In this document: one piece after another, positions 1 to 12,900 of the stretch
Position numbering within the stretch: the stretch's first letter is position 1
Layout: each line of letters begins with the position of its first letter
Source: Squalus acanthias
Lineage: Eukaryota
Reading direction: 5' to 3'
Length of the DNA stretch: 64,000 nt
NCBI GenBank assembly: GCA_030390025.1
Contig: CM059436.1
Coordinates: forward strand, 84,692,001 to 84,756,000
Made by a program: the position numbers and the translations under genes
Notes under the pieces: generated by a model
The model's input: only the letters and a program-made list of their open reading frames with translations
Told to the model about the DNA's origin: nothing
The model's database searches: none

Positions 1-1880
1 CATTTGTTTTCTTTAGATTCTAGCATAAATAATGTTTCAGTACTTCTGCCTTGGGCAATAACAAACCAAAGGCATTTGTATATTGGAGCCAAGGGAGCAT
101 CACAATGCCAGTGAATGATAAGAACCTCATTCACAGGTAGAATAAATTCTGTATTTAACGGTTGTCATTGAATGTCCTCAGTTTATACAGCATGGCTTTC
201 ATATCAACCCATCCCTTAGTCTCGTCAACAATGAAGTGGTTTTGTAGATGTAAAAATCATAACAAGGGCATGGGGGGAAAATTTCCATTGTTCGCTATTG
301 TCAGGTCTCGAGATTTTAGATCTTTTTTTTCTTCACGGGAAGAATTTAAGATTGCGTTATGTTTAAGGATTATATTTTAAAACAAAGTGAATTTGCATAG
401 GTTTAGAAGGAAAGGCCACAGGCTGCACACATTGGAGAATATTTATTAAAGGCAAAGTTGGGGGATATCACAAACTCACAGTTTATTTCAAACTGATACA
501 ATGACGATCTATTGTCTCATCCCAAGCATTTTAGCCAGGAATACCGGGATGTTATCTCATCACAGGTGGCCAAGACATATTCACACCCATTGTGGTGAGG
601 ACAATTCTATTCATGTGAGCACAGCATGAGGTGTCTGCGGATAAAATGCCCCTGCGAGAGGCAGCAGTCAGTTTGTTTGACAGGCCTACTGGTGAATCCC
701 TGTACAGGAAGGTGTCAGAGATACCGCCCATCTGCTTCCTGTGGTCAGAAATAATGGAAAAGAAGGGAAATTCCATGGTTATGAGGCAGTCAGGTTCTGA
801 ATAAAGGACTGCACAACACAATTCTAGGCCCAGAGCTCAAAGCTAAGGATGCAGGAGATCAGGTCTTGTGATTAAGAAGTTGTCTGTTTGGTATGGCATA
901 CCAAAAACAAATAAATCAGCCCTCGACAAGAACAGGCACATACATGGGTTATTATTTTGTCCTATTATTTTGAGGAGGGAAGTGAGATTAAGTTAAGTAA
1001 GTACATTGGTATTACGTTTGCTTTGACTGTTACTCCATATGTTCATTTGCTGTCTGTAAAATAAAGCAGCTTAACGATTCATACCTGACCTCGTTTCACC
1101 AAGTGTTTCTCAGTCCATCTTCCAAAAGATCGGAGAAGCGAACATGAGGGCACATGTGAGAAACATGATATCCAATTCAGATCACAAGGAGTCCTGCTGT
1201 TATACCCTTGAGTTACACTATCGTATAGTTATATATTGGGCAGTATGACCACATACTTAAACACTCAAACCAATTATGGAGTGACAAGCACTGCTGTACC
1301 CAAGAGAATTGATAAACCCATATATGAAGAATGTATTTACAATTCCACTATCAATAGCAGAAATCTTCCCCATGATAGTTTAATATAGTTGTTTAAGGTA
1401 GCTTTTCTTAATGCTCTTATTTTCGCTGCTCATTTATAACACTATTCCCAAATAACTTTGTTATCAGTAAAGTTAATATGATCGTAGCTAACGAAATGCA
1501 AACATAAAGAGGAAGTATTGCTACTTTAAAGATAAAATACTTTGAAAAACGATGATTAATTTTAACCTTTTGCTTTTACTGTGTGTTTAAACAGTGACTG
1601 CTGATGACTCCATTAAGGAAACTGGCTGAGCCCCACAATACTAAAGACCTAAATTAACATGAACAATTTGAATGGCATAATATCAATGATGCATGGTGGC
1701 TAAGTGAATTTGCATACAGAAGATAATTCAGTTCTTTACATTGCTTGACTCAGTAACTCATCCGAGGAACTATCAATGCTGATGTCACTGTTTCTAAAAA
1801 TAAAAAATCTATTGAAATAGACGGACAGGGAATTTGATCAGGATGGTTTACAGCAACCCAGATTTGAGCTAGCATTAGAA

Positions 1881-2521
1881 GGCCAGATATTTTACTCTGA
1901 AGTGTCGCTGTGGAAATTAATTGTCAACAATTATGCGGTAAATTTTAATTGAAGTAACCGACCATTTGGAACTAATATGAATTTACAATGATGCTGTAAA
2001 TAGGGACAGTACCTGAGATGTTCAGTCACTTATATGGGTAATAATGTTTTTTTTAATGAAATATTAGCATTATGGATGGCATAGAAACTTGAGCAGAAAT
2101 TGACCACTGTGCTTCCAACCAGAGAGTCTGACAGGCATTTGAACTCAGCAACCTTCATTGGATAAGCTATACCCATTCTTGCCAAAGCCATTAAATGAAG
2201 CATTGTACAGCAGTGGAGATCCAGTCCTTGTTTCAGGGAATGGTGAAGAAGAAATCTAGCAAGACCATTCCCGTTGCACAAATCACACCTTCTGCCATGC
2301 GATTATGGAGCAGTAGCATCAGTGTCCATGGACAAATCCATGGACAGGAGCATCCCACCCTCCTGGCTAAAGAAACTGTTAGATAGCAGTGACAACCTGA
2401 AAAACAGAGAATATTTAATTTAAATGAAAGAAATACAATAATCTCTTTTTAATTAACTTCCAGCAATTTCTGGTGATTTTTCTTGTCTGATGATGAAACA
2501 CTGATCTGGATAATTCTAGGC
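1881..2521. mobile_element. Old MITE-like element (Harbinger-type termini)
   Basis: Degenerate termini GGCCAGATATTT ... ATAATTCTAGGC resemble those of the elements at 26606 and 56232. Confidence 0.3.
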
Positions 2522-3198
2522 TTATTTGCAACTATCAGTCTGTGGCCAAATTCAGACAGCCTCAGATTTTGAGGTATTCCTTGACATATGCATGACACCA
2601 TTTTTCTTGTCCCGTGCAGCGAGGAACAAACTGCCCTTCTTCAGATGTGCATCACCATTAGTTTTTCAGCATTATAGCTGCCAAAAATGACTTAATTCCT
2701 AGTGGTCTAATGAGTAGGTGCATCTTATTCGGGCACTCTTACAGGAGTATATGTCCATTCTTTAATGTTCTAAGTGGGAATGGTTGTTCCAATTTTTGCT
2801 GGTGATAAGCTTGTCTCTGATCCAGGGAAGACAATTAAGGGGAGGGGTTTTGTATTCCATTGGAGTCTAATGGTCAGTACATATCCAATTGTTTGCTCTT
2901 TTAGCAATTTTCTCAACTCCTTTCCTGAAGGAATTGACTCTTGCTGAGTTCCACAGCCTCTTCTATCTTACACCTCTCCTCATGTATGAGCTCAGATGGT
3001 AGCTGATTTGACCTTGAAGTCAACCCTGATCTTTTTCTCACATGATGGCCACATCTGCACACTTTCCAGCAGAGGTCACTGGATAGCAATTGCAAGTTGG
3101 AAGCTTGGCTGATTTTTCTCCTCCCAAACCCATGGATGTTGATTTTAATTGGAACACCCCAACTGAGATCAACTAATTCATGATAAACTAGAAATAAA

Positions 3199-4928
3199 GG
3201 CAGCGATTTTGCCTACCGAGGCCGGACCGGTGCGGCCAGGGTCGGTGGCGGGGTACGCCCCCACTGCTGGCTCCAGCCCACTGTGTAGAGAGATCCTACG
3301 ATGTTTGGGCTTGCTAAGCCCGCCCAGCGCATTTCCCGGCCAATTGAAGGAAGCGGGTCTGATGACATCACTTGATGACATGTCATCAGCCGGATTCCTT
3401 AAAGGGACCATGCTCAAATTGATCTTGACAGTTCTGCTGTCAGTGTTCTACAGCATTGAGGTGCTGCAAACACTGACAGGCACTGCACAAAGGTGCACGG
3501 CTGCACCCAGGCTCTCCCGTGACTCCTTCCATATGGTTATGGGGGGAGTCACAACACGCAGGGAGGTCCTCTTCCCTTCCCATGGGCAGAAGAGACCTCC
3601 CCAGGAGATCAACACAGCCTGGTTGCACATTGCATAGGAGGGCACAAGCAGGGATGTCATTAGGAGGACCAGGCTGCAATGGCACAAACCTTTCAATGAT
3701 CTCAGTAGATCACGAAACGTTACTGCAAAGCCACACTCAACCTCATCCTGCTGTGCCACTCATCACATCCCCATCACTCTGCCTTCCCTACCTTACTCCT
3801 GCACATCCTTACTCACACCAACTTACCTTGCACCTCCACCCATCCCTCTCTATCTACATTATCACTTCCCCAGCTCACTAGCCACCCCTCACACTCACCC
3901 TCTCCTAGTCCAATCATACCAACTAACAACACACAAGAGTAGGCACATGGGTGGTTTAGCCAATGTTCATGTGAAGTTTCTGGTAATGTGCTGTCAAACA
4001 TTGAAATCTTTATTTTCAACACTTTGCGTTCTTGGACAGATTTGTGTGCATCTTTGGAAGTGGCTTAGTGAGTTGCAGTGAATGGTGAGACATAACGGTG
4101 ACCCCACAATGGTGATGATTGTGAAAGGAATGGCTTGGGCATTGTAGGGATGCTTTATGGTGTTGGTGTGGGGTAGTGCCAACCTGGCGCATCATGTGGC
4201 AGCCAGGGTGTACAGTGTCAAGTGAAGTAAATCTGTCTATGGTGAGGCCACCCCTGGCATCCCAGGCAGCAATGTGGTCGGGTGCTGATGCCCTGTGTCC
4301 TGTGCAGCACCAGCTGATTGTGGAGAAGGTTGGTGTTGTTGGTGCTGCTGGTGTGCCTGGTGCTGCTGGTGTTGGGGCTGATCGTGTTGGGATTCTGAGG
4401 ACCAAGGTGAGATTTTTTCAAGGGCACCGATGCTGATGGAATAGATGGGAGGGGAGGTTCAGATGACAGAAGCAATCTGTCAATGGTGAGAGAGGTTGTT
4501 CCAATGAGGTGACACTGGATAGAGAGTTTGCTCCAAACACTTGCAAGATGCATAAAGCTCAATCTGTCTTCCAAATGTAGTAAGCAACAGCTTCTAACCT
4601 GGGAAAGTGATCAGCTATGAAATGGGAGCTTTTATAGACCATTTTCAACTGTCAAGTTAAGAAATTATCCCATGCTGACACAACACCCAACTTCCTTACC
4701 TGACGTGATTCCCAAGCAGCGGGGAAGCTGTGGGTGAACTCTAAAAATCTAAAACTAAGCTTAAAATCGTTTTTAAGTGCCTGTTAACAAGCTCTTAATA
4801 ATCTAAATTGCCTCCCCTGCCACTTGGTGTCGGGTCTGCTCAGCGATGACAGACCCGACATCTGGGAGACTAGATTCCCAGCTGACCCGCCACCAAACGT
4901 GCCCGCTGACACCCCAAAAAATTCTCCC
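3199..4928 (+). mobile_element. Non-autonomous PIF/Harbinger-type transposon with a decayed Myb/SANT-like ORF (~3495-3705)
   Basis: Translation AAPRLS...GVTTRREVLFP...AWLHIA*EGTSRDVIRRTRLQWHKPFNDL fits the Myb/SANT trihelix pattern of the Harbinger second protein, with an in-frame stop. GC-rich subterminal regions and imperfect TIRs (GGCAGCGATTTT / AAAATTCTCCC). Confidence 0.7.
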
Positions 4929-5204
4929 AAAATCTTTTTGTCTTAGGCATAGAGTGGGTGATGCCTTTATCATTAGGCCACTGTGCCATTGGAAAAGCTC
5001 AGCATCCAACATCTGATGACCTATTGGGGAGATGCAATGCTGCAATTATGCTGGCATCTTCTAGAGCTCACACTTGGTGATGACATGAAAAGTCTTCTTC
5101 ACCATTGGACATCCAAGGCTTAGTGCTCAAGACCCATAACACAGTATATCTTATCAATGAGCATAATATACCCAAAACTACAATTTTTAGAAGTTCAACA
5201 TTGG

Positions 5205-6317
5205 ATTGTGAAGATTGGGAGAGTTTCTGAAACCAGCAAAGGATGACCAAAAAATTGATAAAAAGGGAAAAAAATAGAATATGAGAGAAAACTAGCAAAA
5301 AATATAAAACAGATTGTAAGAGCTTCTACAAGTATGTAAAAAGGAAGAGAGTAGCAAAAGTAAACGTTGGTCCCTTAGAGGCTGAGACAGGAGAAATTAT
5401 TATGGGGAATAAGGAAATGGCAGAAACGTTAAACAAATATTTTGTATCTGTCTTCACAGTAGAAGACACAAAAAGCCTACCAAAAATGATGGGGAACCAA
5501 GGGTCTAATGAGGGTGAGGAACTTAACGTAATTAATACAAGTAGAGAAAAAGTACTAGAGAAATTAATGGGACTAAAAGCCAACAAATCCACTGGACCTG
5601 ATGGCCTACATCCTAGGGTCCTAAAAGAGGTGGCTGCAGAAATAGTTTTGATCTTCCAAAATTCCCTAGATTCTAGAACGGTCCCAGCGGATTGGAAGGT
5701 AGCAAATGTTCAAGAAAGGAGGGAGAGAGAAAACAGGGATCTACAGGCCAGTTAGCCTGACATCAGTCATTGGGAAAATGCTGGAATCCATTGTTAAGGA
5801 AGTGGTATCAGGGCACTTAGAAAATCATAACATGATTAGGCAGAGTCAACATGATTTTATGAAAAGGAAATCGTGTTTGACAAATTTATTAGAGTTTTTT
5901 GACTCTCTGGAGTTCAGAAGAATGAGAGGTGATCTCATTGAAACATACAAGATTCTGAAGGGGATTGTCAGGGTAGATGCTGAGAGGTTGTTTCCCCTGG
6001 CTGGAGTGTCTAGAGCTAGGGGGCATAGTCTCAGGATAAGGGGTCGGCCATTTAACACTGAGATGAGGAGGAATTTCTTCTCTCAGAGAGTTGTGAATCT
6101 TTGGAATTCTCTGCCCCAGAGGGCTGTGGATGCTGAGTCTTTGAGTATATTCAAGGCTGAGATCAATAGATTTTTGGACTCGAGGGGAATCAAGGGATAT
6201 GGAGATTGGGCGGGAAAGTGGAGTTGAGGTGGATGATCAGCCATGATCTTATTGAATGGCGGAGCAGGCTCGAGGGGCCACATGACCTACTCTTGCTCTC
6301 ATTTCTTATGTTCTTAT
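5205..6317 (+). mobile_element. CR1 LINE, 5'-truncated and internally deleted
   Basis: ORF2 motifs GPDGLHPRVLKE, YRPVSLTS and SCLTNLLEFF are joined directly to SLEFRRMRGDLIE...WNSLP. 3' tail TTCTTATG repeats. Confidence 0.92.
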
Positions 6318-7245
6318 TCAATAAATTAAAGTCGAGAAAAATGTGCTGCTCTGGCTCCAGAAGTCTTCAGTATACTTTGAAAATCTAGAATCATATTTGC
6401 TAAATATACTGGGGATGTCTATTGGTATAATATCAATTCCACATCACCCTTTTTTCTATTCTATTGATTGACAGCCTGATTTGATGCATTTGATAACTGG
6501 AATGTAACTGGTAAATAGCTAGAATGTCACCGACCATTAGAGACTTGGATTCTGGACTAAGATGCAATTATACATTCATGTGAAAGTGGTAGTATAGCCT
6601 GGGAGTCAGGGCCTGATCTGACTCATGAGTCTACTAAAGCCAAGCAGTATGACACCCACTGCAGGACAATGTCATTGTCCCTGAGCTGGAGGCAGGGAAA
6701 TTGAGCCAGCACTGGACAGCCTCGGAACTTTTAAAACTCTGCCTGAAATCTTTTTACGGTTATGAGAAAGTGGACACCATTATCTGTGCTCTCCTAACAC
6801 TGAAAGTTAGCCATTCGGGCAACTGAGCATGCACCTGCATCCAAGCAGGTGTACATAGAGCTTCCTTGTGATTAATCTCACTGTGACCTGCAGGAGGTGT
6901 GGTGGGCAGTTGAAATCTGGTCAGCCAACTGAGTATCACAATCGGTTCTGAGACTGGTCTGCTGTATAATTGCAGCTTAAATCTAGAACTGGTCAAAACC
7001 AACAAAGGGTAATTGACTTTAATTGTTCAAGACTACACAATAAAAGCATTAGTTAGGAATGAGAATCTCGGCCAAAGCATGTCTATAGAGACACAAGAAA
7101 ATATGTTATAAAATTGCATTAAAAAGAGTCACAGAGAGACACAAAGTGGTCCAAGTAGTAAATATAACTGCTAGCATGGTACTGGCCCATGTAGACTGGT
7201 AAGATCAAATTTTGTACCTTTGGTCTGTGTTGAGTTAGTTGATCA

Positions 7246-8620
7246 ACAAAAATTAAAAAGAACAGTAAAGTATTCTACAAATATATCAGTAAAAAGAGAG
7301 TTGTTAAATGTAAGGTGGGACCTCTGAGAACAGAGGATAGTGAGTTAGTGGATATTAAGTGGATATTAGTGGGATACTTTACAAGTATTTTGCTTTGGTG
7401 GTGACTAAAGAGAAGAATATTGGGGAGGAGGTTAATCCTGAATTGGTTAAAAGCAAGATCAGAGATATGATAATAAATAAATGTAATAGAGAAGTCTCAG
7501 CATTGGTTTGTAAAGGGCAAGTCAAGTCTAACTAACCTAGTTGAATTTTTTGAGGAGGTCACTGACATGGTAGATAAGGGAGTGTCTATGGATGTTACTT
7601 ATATAGACTTACAGAAAGCATTCAATAAAGTTCCATACAAGAGATTGTTAGCAAAAATAGAAGCACATGGAATTGGAAGCAACCTTTTGGCAATGGTAGC
7701 GAATGGGTTAGGAGATAGGAGACAGAGTGTACGGATAATGGGTATGTACTCCAGTTGACAGGAGGTGACTAGTGGTGTTCCCAGGGATGTGTACTGGGGC
7801 CTCAGCCTTTCATTATATTTATAAATGACTTAGATGAAGAAAGAGCGAGCCATATATCCAAGTTTGCTGATGACACTAAGTTAGGTGGCACAGTAAGTAG
7901 TATAGATGGGAGCAGTAAGCTGCAAATAGACATTGATAGATTAAATGAGTGGGCAAAACTGTGGCAGATGGAGTTTAATGTGGGGAAGTGTGAGGTCATC
8001 CACATTGGACCCAAGAAAGATAGATCAGAGTATTTTCTAAATGGTGAGATGCTAGGAATTGTGGAGGAGCAGAGATTTAGGGGTCCATGTACAGAAATCA
8101 CGAAAAACTAGTAGACAGGTACAAAAAAATCATTAAAAAGGCTAATGGAATGTTGGCCTTTATCTCAAGGGAGCTGGAATACAATGGGTAGAAGTTATGT
8201 TACAGTTATATAAAGCTCTGGTTAGACCCCATTTACAGTACTGTGTTCAGTCTGGGCACCGCACCTCAGGAAGGATATATTGAGCTTGGAGGGGGTGCAG
8301 TGCAGATTCACCAGAATTATACTGGGGCTAAAAGGGTTAAATTATGAGGACAGTTTGTATCGACTAGGCTTCTATTCCCTTGAGTGGAGAAGGTTAAGGG
8401 GTGATCTAATTGAGGTGTTTAAGATGATTAAAGGATTTGATAAAGTAGATAAAGATAAACTATTTCCTCCAGTGGGGGAGTCCAGAACAAGGTAGCATAT
8501 CTTAAAATTAGAGCTAGGTAGTTCATGGGGGATGTCAGAAAGCACTTATTCACACAAAGGGTAATAGAAATCTGGAACTCTCTCCCCTAAAAACCTGTTG
8601 AAGCTAAATCAATTGGAAAT
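7246..8620 (+). mobile_element. CR1 LINE ORF2 remnant
   Basis: [25 protein letters not shown] and RRLRGDLIEVFK motifs with frameshifts and stops. Confidence 0.9.
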
Positions 8621-8644
8621 TTATCTCCTCAAAAAATTAATTAG

Positions 8645-8984
8645 ACATGGGTAATAACGGCGAACTAACAGTGTTCGCTGTTATTACCTCTTTGAAATTG
8701 ACCACAACTTCAGGATGTAGCACATCTAAAAGCGGAAATCCAGAAGTTGCGGCCAGTCATTCACTGCTCTGACACTGACTGCACTGTGACCCCCCCCCCC
8801 CGCCCCCCACCCCCACCCCCACACCATAGCCGGCAATCAGTGAAATCAGTGAAACAGATGAAAACTTGGGCTTTTCCGTGGTAATATCGCTGCAAAATAC
8901 CCCATTAAATGTTAGGCCTTGTTGGATTAGGTGTAACTGGGGTTTAAACAGTGTATTGTCTGCTAAACAAATGTTATGGCCCTG
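8645..8984 (-). mobile_element. Fragment of the MITE family seen at 56232-56987
   Basis: Reverse-complement similarity to 56665-56970 along its length (e.g. GTTCGCTGTTATTAC, CAACTTCAGGA, CCTTGTTGGATTAGGTGTAACTG). Confidence 0.75.
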
Positions 8985-9186
8985 ATAATCTGTTTTAGTG
9001 ATGTTGGTTGAGGAATAAATGTTGGCCAGGACACCGGGGATAACTCCCCTGCTCTTCTTCAAAATAGTGCCATAGGATCTTTTACGTCCTCCTGAGAGAG
9101 CAGACGGGACGTCGGTTTAACATCTCAACTGAAAGACGGCACTTCCGACAGTGCAGCACTCCCGCAGTACTGCACTGGAGTGTCTG
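8985..9186 (-). mobile_element. SacSINE1 / Deu-SINE core fragment
   Basis: The reverse strand reads GAGTGCTGCACTGTCGGAAGTGCCGTCTTTCAG...GTAAAAGATCCTATGGCACTATTTTGAAGAAGAGCAGGGGAG, the Deu-domain shared with AmnSINE1 (recalled consensus). Confidence 0.8.
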
Positions 9187-9974
9187 CTATTACTAGAGCA
9201 TCTATAATTTTCTCACTTACTTCTTTTAATACACTGTGGGGTCCAGGCGATTTATCTATTGTTCGTCTCAGAACTCCTTCGACAGGAATGATGTTGAGGC
9301 AATAGAAAGGGTACAGCACAGATTCACTAGAATACTGACTGGTATGTGGATGTATAAATATGAAGAAAGAGTTGAAAAATTGGGGCTGTTTTCATTAGAA
9401 CAGGGTAATTTGATTGTTTTTTAATTATGAAGGGATTTTACATAGAATGACATAGAAATTACAACATGGAAATGGTTCATTTGGCCCAACCAGTCTGTGT
9501 TAGGGTTTATCCTACCTATAAACAGTAGTCCAATCCCATATACCAGCTTATTTTGTATATCCCTTTATAGTCCTCTCTCCTTCAACTACCTATCTAGCCT
9601 ATTCTTAAATGTTGACATGGGACAGCGTAAATAGAAAGAGACTGTGCCCAGTGATTGATGGGGTCTAGAACGAGAGGACATAGATAAAAGATGAAATGTA
9701 AGAGATTTAGGACAGAGAGCAGAAGAAACCTTTTTGCACTGAGGGTTGTGAGGTGGCAGAATGCACTATCAGAGTTTGTGATTGAAGCAGAAACAATGTC
9801 AACATTTAAGAATAGATTGGATAGATGGTTGAAGGAATGGGAAATAAAGGGATATGGGAACAGAAGGGACGCATGGGATTAGGACTACTGCTCAAGTAGA
9901 GAATAAACACCAACACGGAATGATTGGGCCCAACAGCCCTTTTTCCATGATGTAATTTCTAAGTAATTCTATGT
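9187..9974 (+). mobile_element. Mosaic of CR1 fragments (mainly + 3' end, with inverted pieces at ~9187-9250 and ~9445-9620)
   Basis: ERVQHRFTRIL, LGLFSLE and RRNLF...W.NAL...FKNRLD on +. PGPHSVLKEV on -. Tail TTCTAAGTAATTCTATGT. Confidence 0.8.
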
Positions 9975-12900
9975 AATCTCAGTTGATGAGGTGGGAGGGG
10001 CAAACAATTGGCCTCAGTGTCCCTGGGCTAGAGTGAGGGAAAATCAGAGCTCCCATTCTAAATCACCATCCAGTGAATAAGATCAGGCTCACATTTGGTG
10101 CTCCAGGTGGTTGAACTATTACTTGATTAATCTTTTGTGTTGTTCCTTTTTAAATAGACAAAACCTACTTTTCTGAAAAGTTGTTCGCATCATTCTGTAG
10201 AGCTTTATGATTGTCACTTAAGATTTAATTGGGGCTCAGAAGCACTGGTGGACTCCAGAGACTTGTAAATTGCCGAGCATATTAAAAATAGGGAGAATGC
10301 AACGGTGTTTGGAAATTGCAATCAGATTTATGTGTCAAAATCAACACAAAAACCAGATTACAATATCCAGACCTTTGCAAGACCACCAAATATTGAAACT
10401 GTGCCGGGGTTCTCTTTGCATTTGTCTTCTCCGGATTCCAGACGGAAATAATATGAGCCAATTACAGAGTTTGCAACTATGGTTAGTCTATGATAATTAC
10501 GTGTGAATATTGAAATGTTCCGTGATCTGAACCATATCTTGGTGAAGGAATAAGAATGTGCACGGGATTTAAAGTCATTTTAACATCTATAGTTATGCTG
10601 GCAACATAAACAGGTACAGGTTGCCTGTCGCTGTATACATACTCCTGCTGGCTTTTGCTGTGAGCGGATCTGGCAGCATAAGCTGCGGTTCAAATTTCGA
10701 GATATACACTGACTGACTAAAATATATTAATGACAGATCTGTAATAAACTGTGAGGTTTGAAAGCCAGCGTGCCGCAGATGTAAGCAGTGTTGGTGCCAG
10801 TCAAAACATTGAGGGGATTAAAAACAATCACCTAACGCTGTAGGTTTTTTTATTTTAAAACTATTGTTTACATTTAAAACGCCCATTTAATGAAATAACA
10901 AAATAACAGGATTAGTTCTCTTCCTCGCAACTTTACGCCATATTATCCTTTGGTAACAGAAGGTAGTTTCCTGTCCAGTCATTTCAATCCCTGTGTATAT
11001 GTTCTCATTAAAAAGTTTAATTTCGCCTTCCTAATGGGGAAAGCAAGGAATGTTACTTAAATATTGCCATGGTGAATTCATAACATTGATTTTTTACAGT
11101 TCAGACCTACATTGGACTTATGTCCAAGTCTCAACAACAGCAAATCTAAAATGAATTCAGTGCAGAGAAAGTCTTTAAAGAGCATTATCCTAACGGTGTG
11201 CTGTGTCAGTGCAAGGGAGACCTAATCTTTGAACAACTCGGTTAACTTCCAACGGGCTTTATATTGTCACTGACTGAGGTTCAATCTTATTATTTCAATG
11301 TCGCAGAATCCTTTTGAACAGTTATGTTCTCCAGTTTACCACATCCACCGCTCTGATTGTGTGCACTGTCTAGTTTAACACAATGCGCCATCTATTCGTG
11401 TTAAAGCGGGTCATTCAGCTTCTGTAAAATCAGGTTAAAAATTAAACGGCAATATTGCAATTGCGACGGAAGACATGTTACAGATTCAAAAGTGCAAAAT
11501 GAATTATTTTGACATCAATTAATGTTCTTCACAGAGCAATAAAGTCTTGCGACGGCACTTTTTTTCTTGAGGGACAGGAATTAACTGTTCGAAAAGCTTA
11601 CTGTTTAAAAGAGAATGTGGCTTTTTATCTATCTGTCTATTAAATGGGTGTTTACACGGTGCAGTATTCGTGAACTTGCACCCGTCGAGCTGAAGGAGAC
11701 CACTTCAGGGGCATTTGTCATTTTGTTTATTTATTTCCAATATATGTCATGCTTTTTCTGCGTTCTTCGTCGACTTTAGATTGTAATGGTGATTGCTGTT
11801 TTTGAGATGATACACCAATTTATAATTTCAACCCTGATTGTTAATCTATAATACAGCTGCTAATGTTTATGTTCACGAAATACAAAATCTTGTTATTTGC
11901 CCCACATCCACAACTATTAATAGTTTAAGAGCAGGGGTACTATTGCATAAACTTGTGTAAGAGTGGGCATTTCTATCACTTTAAGACTGTGCAATCCCAA
12001 ATTAATATCATGCATTTTTAAATATACCCAATCCTTTCCTATTGTTTTATTTATGTTCATTGTCGGGGTTAGACGGAGAGCATTGATTGTAATCATCAAT
12101 TGTGCAATATCATCACAAGGTTGCTCGTTAACGGTCCTTTCTCTCAAAATGTCTTACAAAATTCAACCTTTGAAGTGATACCTCTTCAAAGAGACCTACG
12201 ATTATCGCTGTTTTTCTTATCTACGGGGCTTATGTCTTTATTGTACACGATTAACAACGGGAACACATAGATACAAGTTTGGGTAGTAATACCATCAATA
12301 TCAATTCATAATGCGGCGCTGCTTACAGGCCTTTGCATTAACAAAACAAAGCATTTTCTATTTGTAAGAACACACACCTGTTAGAAGCAAACCAGGGGAT
12401 GTGGTAAGGACGGAACTGCCTTATAATGACGAGAACTTACCCATGGACACTAATCCTGACAATACATCGCCTAGACCGTGGGCGTCCTCTTTGCAAACAC
12501 GATTTCAAACCAGCCAGTTGGGATTATCATTTAGCTGTCCGGTTCTCTTCCCAAACTCCCGTTCACCGTAGAAACATGATATGCTTACTACCCTGCAAGT
12601 TCCAATTGCTAATTGTGAGGCCTGTTGAGTTAGCAGTCATCAGTTCCTCTCTTAGACGGGCAAAGCTGGCGCTGTTTGAGAACAGTCCCATGTGCACTCG
12701 TCTGGTCGGCACCGCTTGTATTAAACTCGAGGTGCATAGTTCCAGGATTAGTGGCAACTTTTATTGACAAAGTCTCCCTTTTCCTAACCTCTCGAGTGGC
12801 AGCAAAGTCATTGAGTCTGACCGGTCTCCTCAGCTAAAACCATAGTCTGCAGGAATCCAGCATCAAACAGTACCTAGGCAAATATAAGCATTTCATTCTG

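Noticed and set aside
552-821. 89-aa minus-strand ORF, possibly a retroelement remnant
   Set aside because: Only a vague LYR motif is present, which is not enough to assign a family or gene.
4016-4436. Pro/Ala/Thr-rich and Gly/Val/Ala-rich ORFs
   Set aside because: They come from a degenerate (GGT/GCT)n simple repeat inside the transposon remnant. I see no transposase motif.
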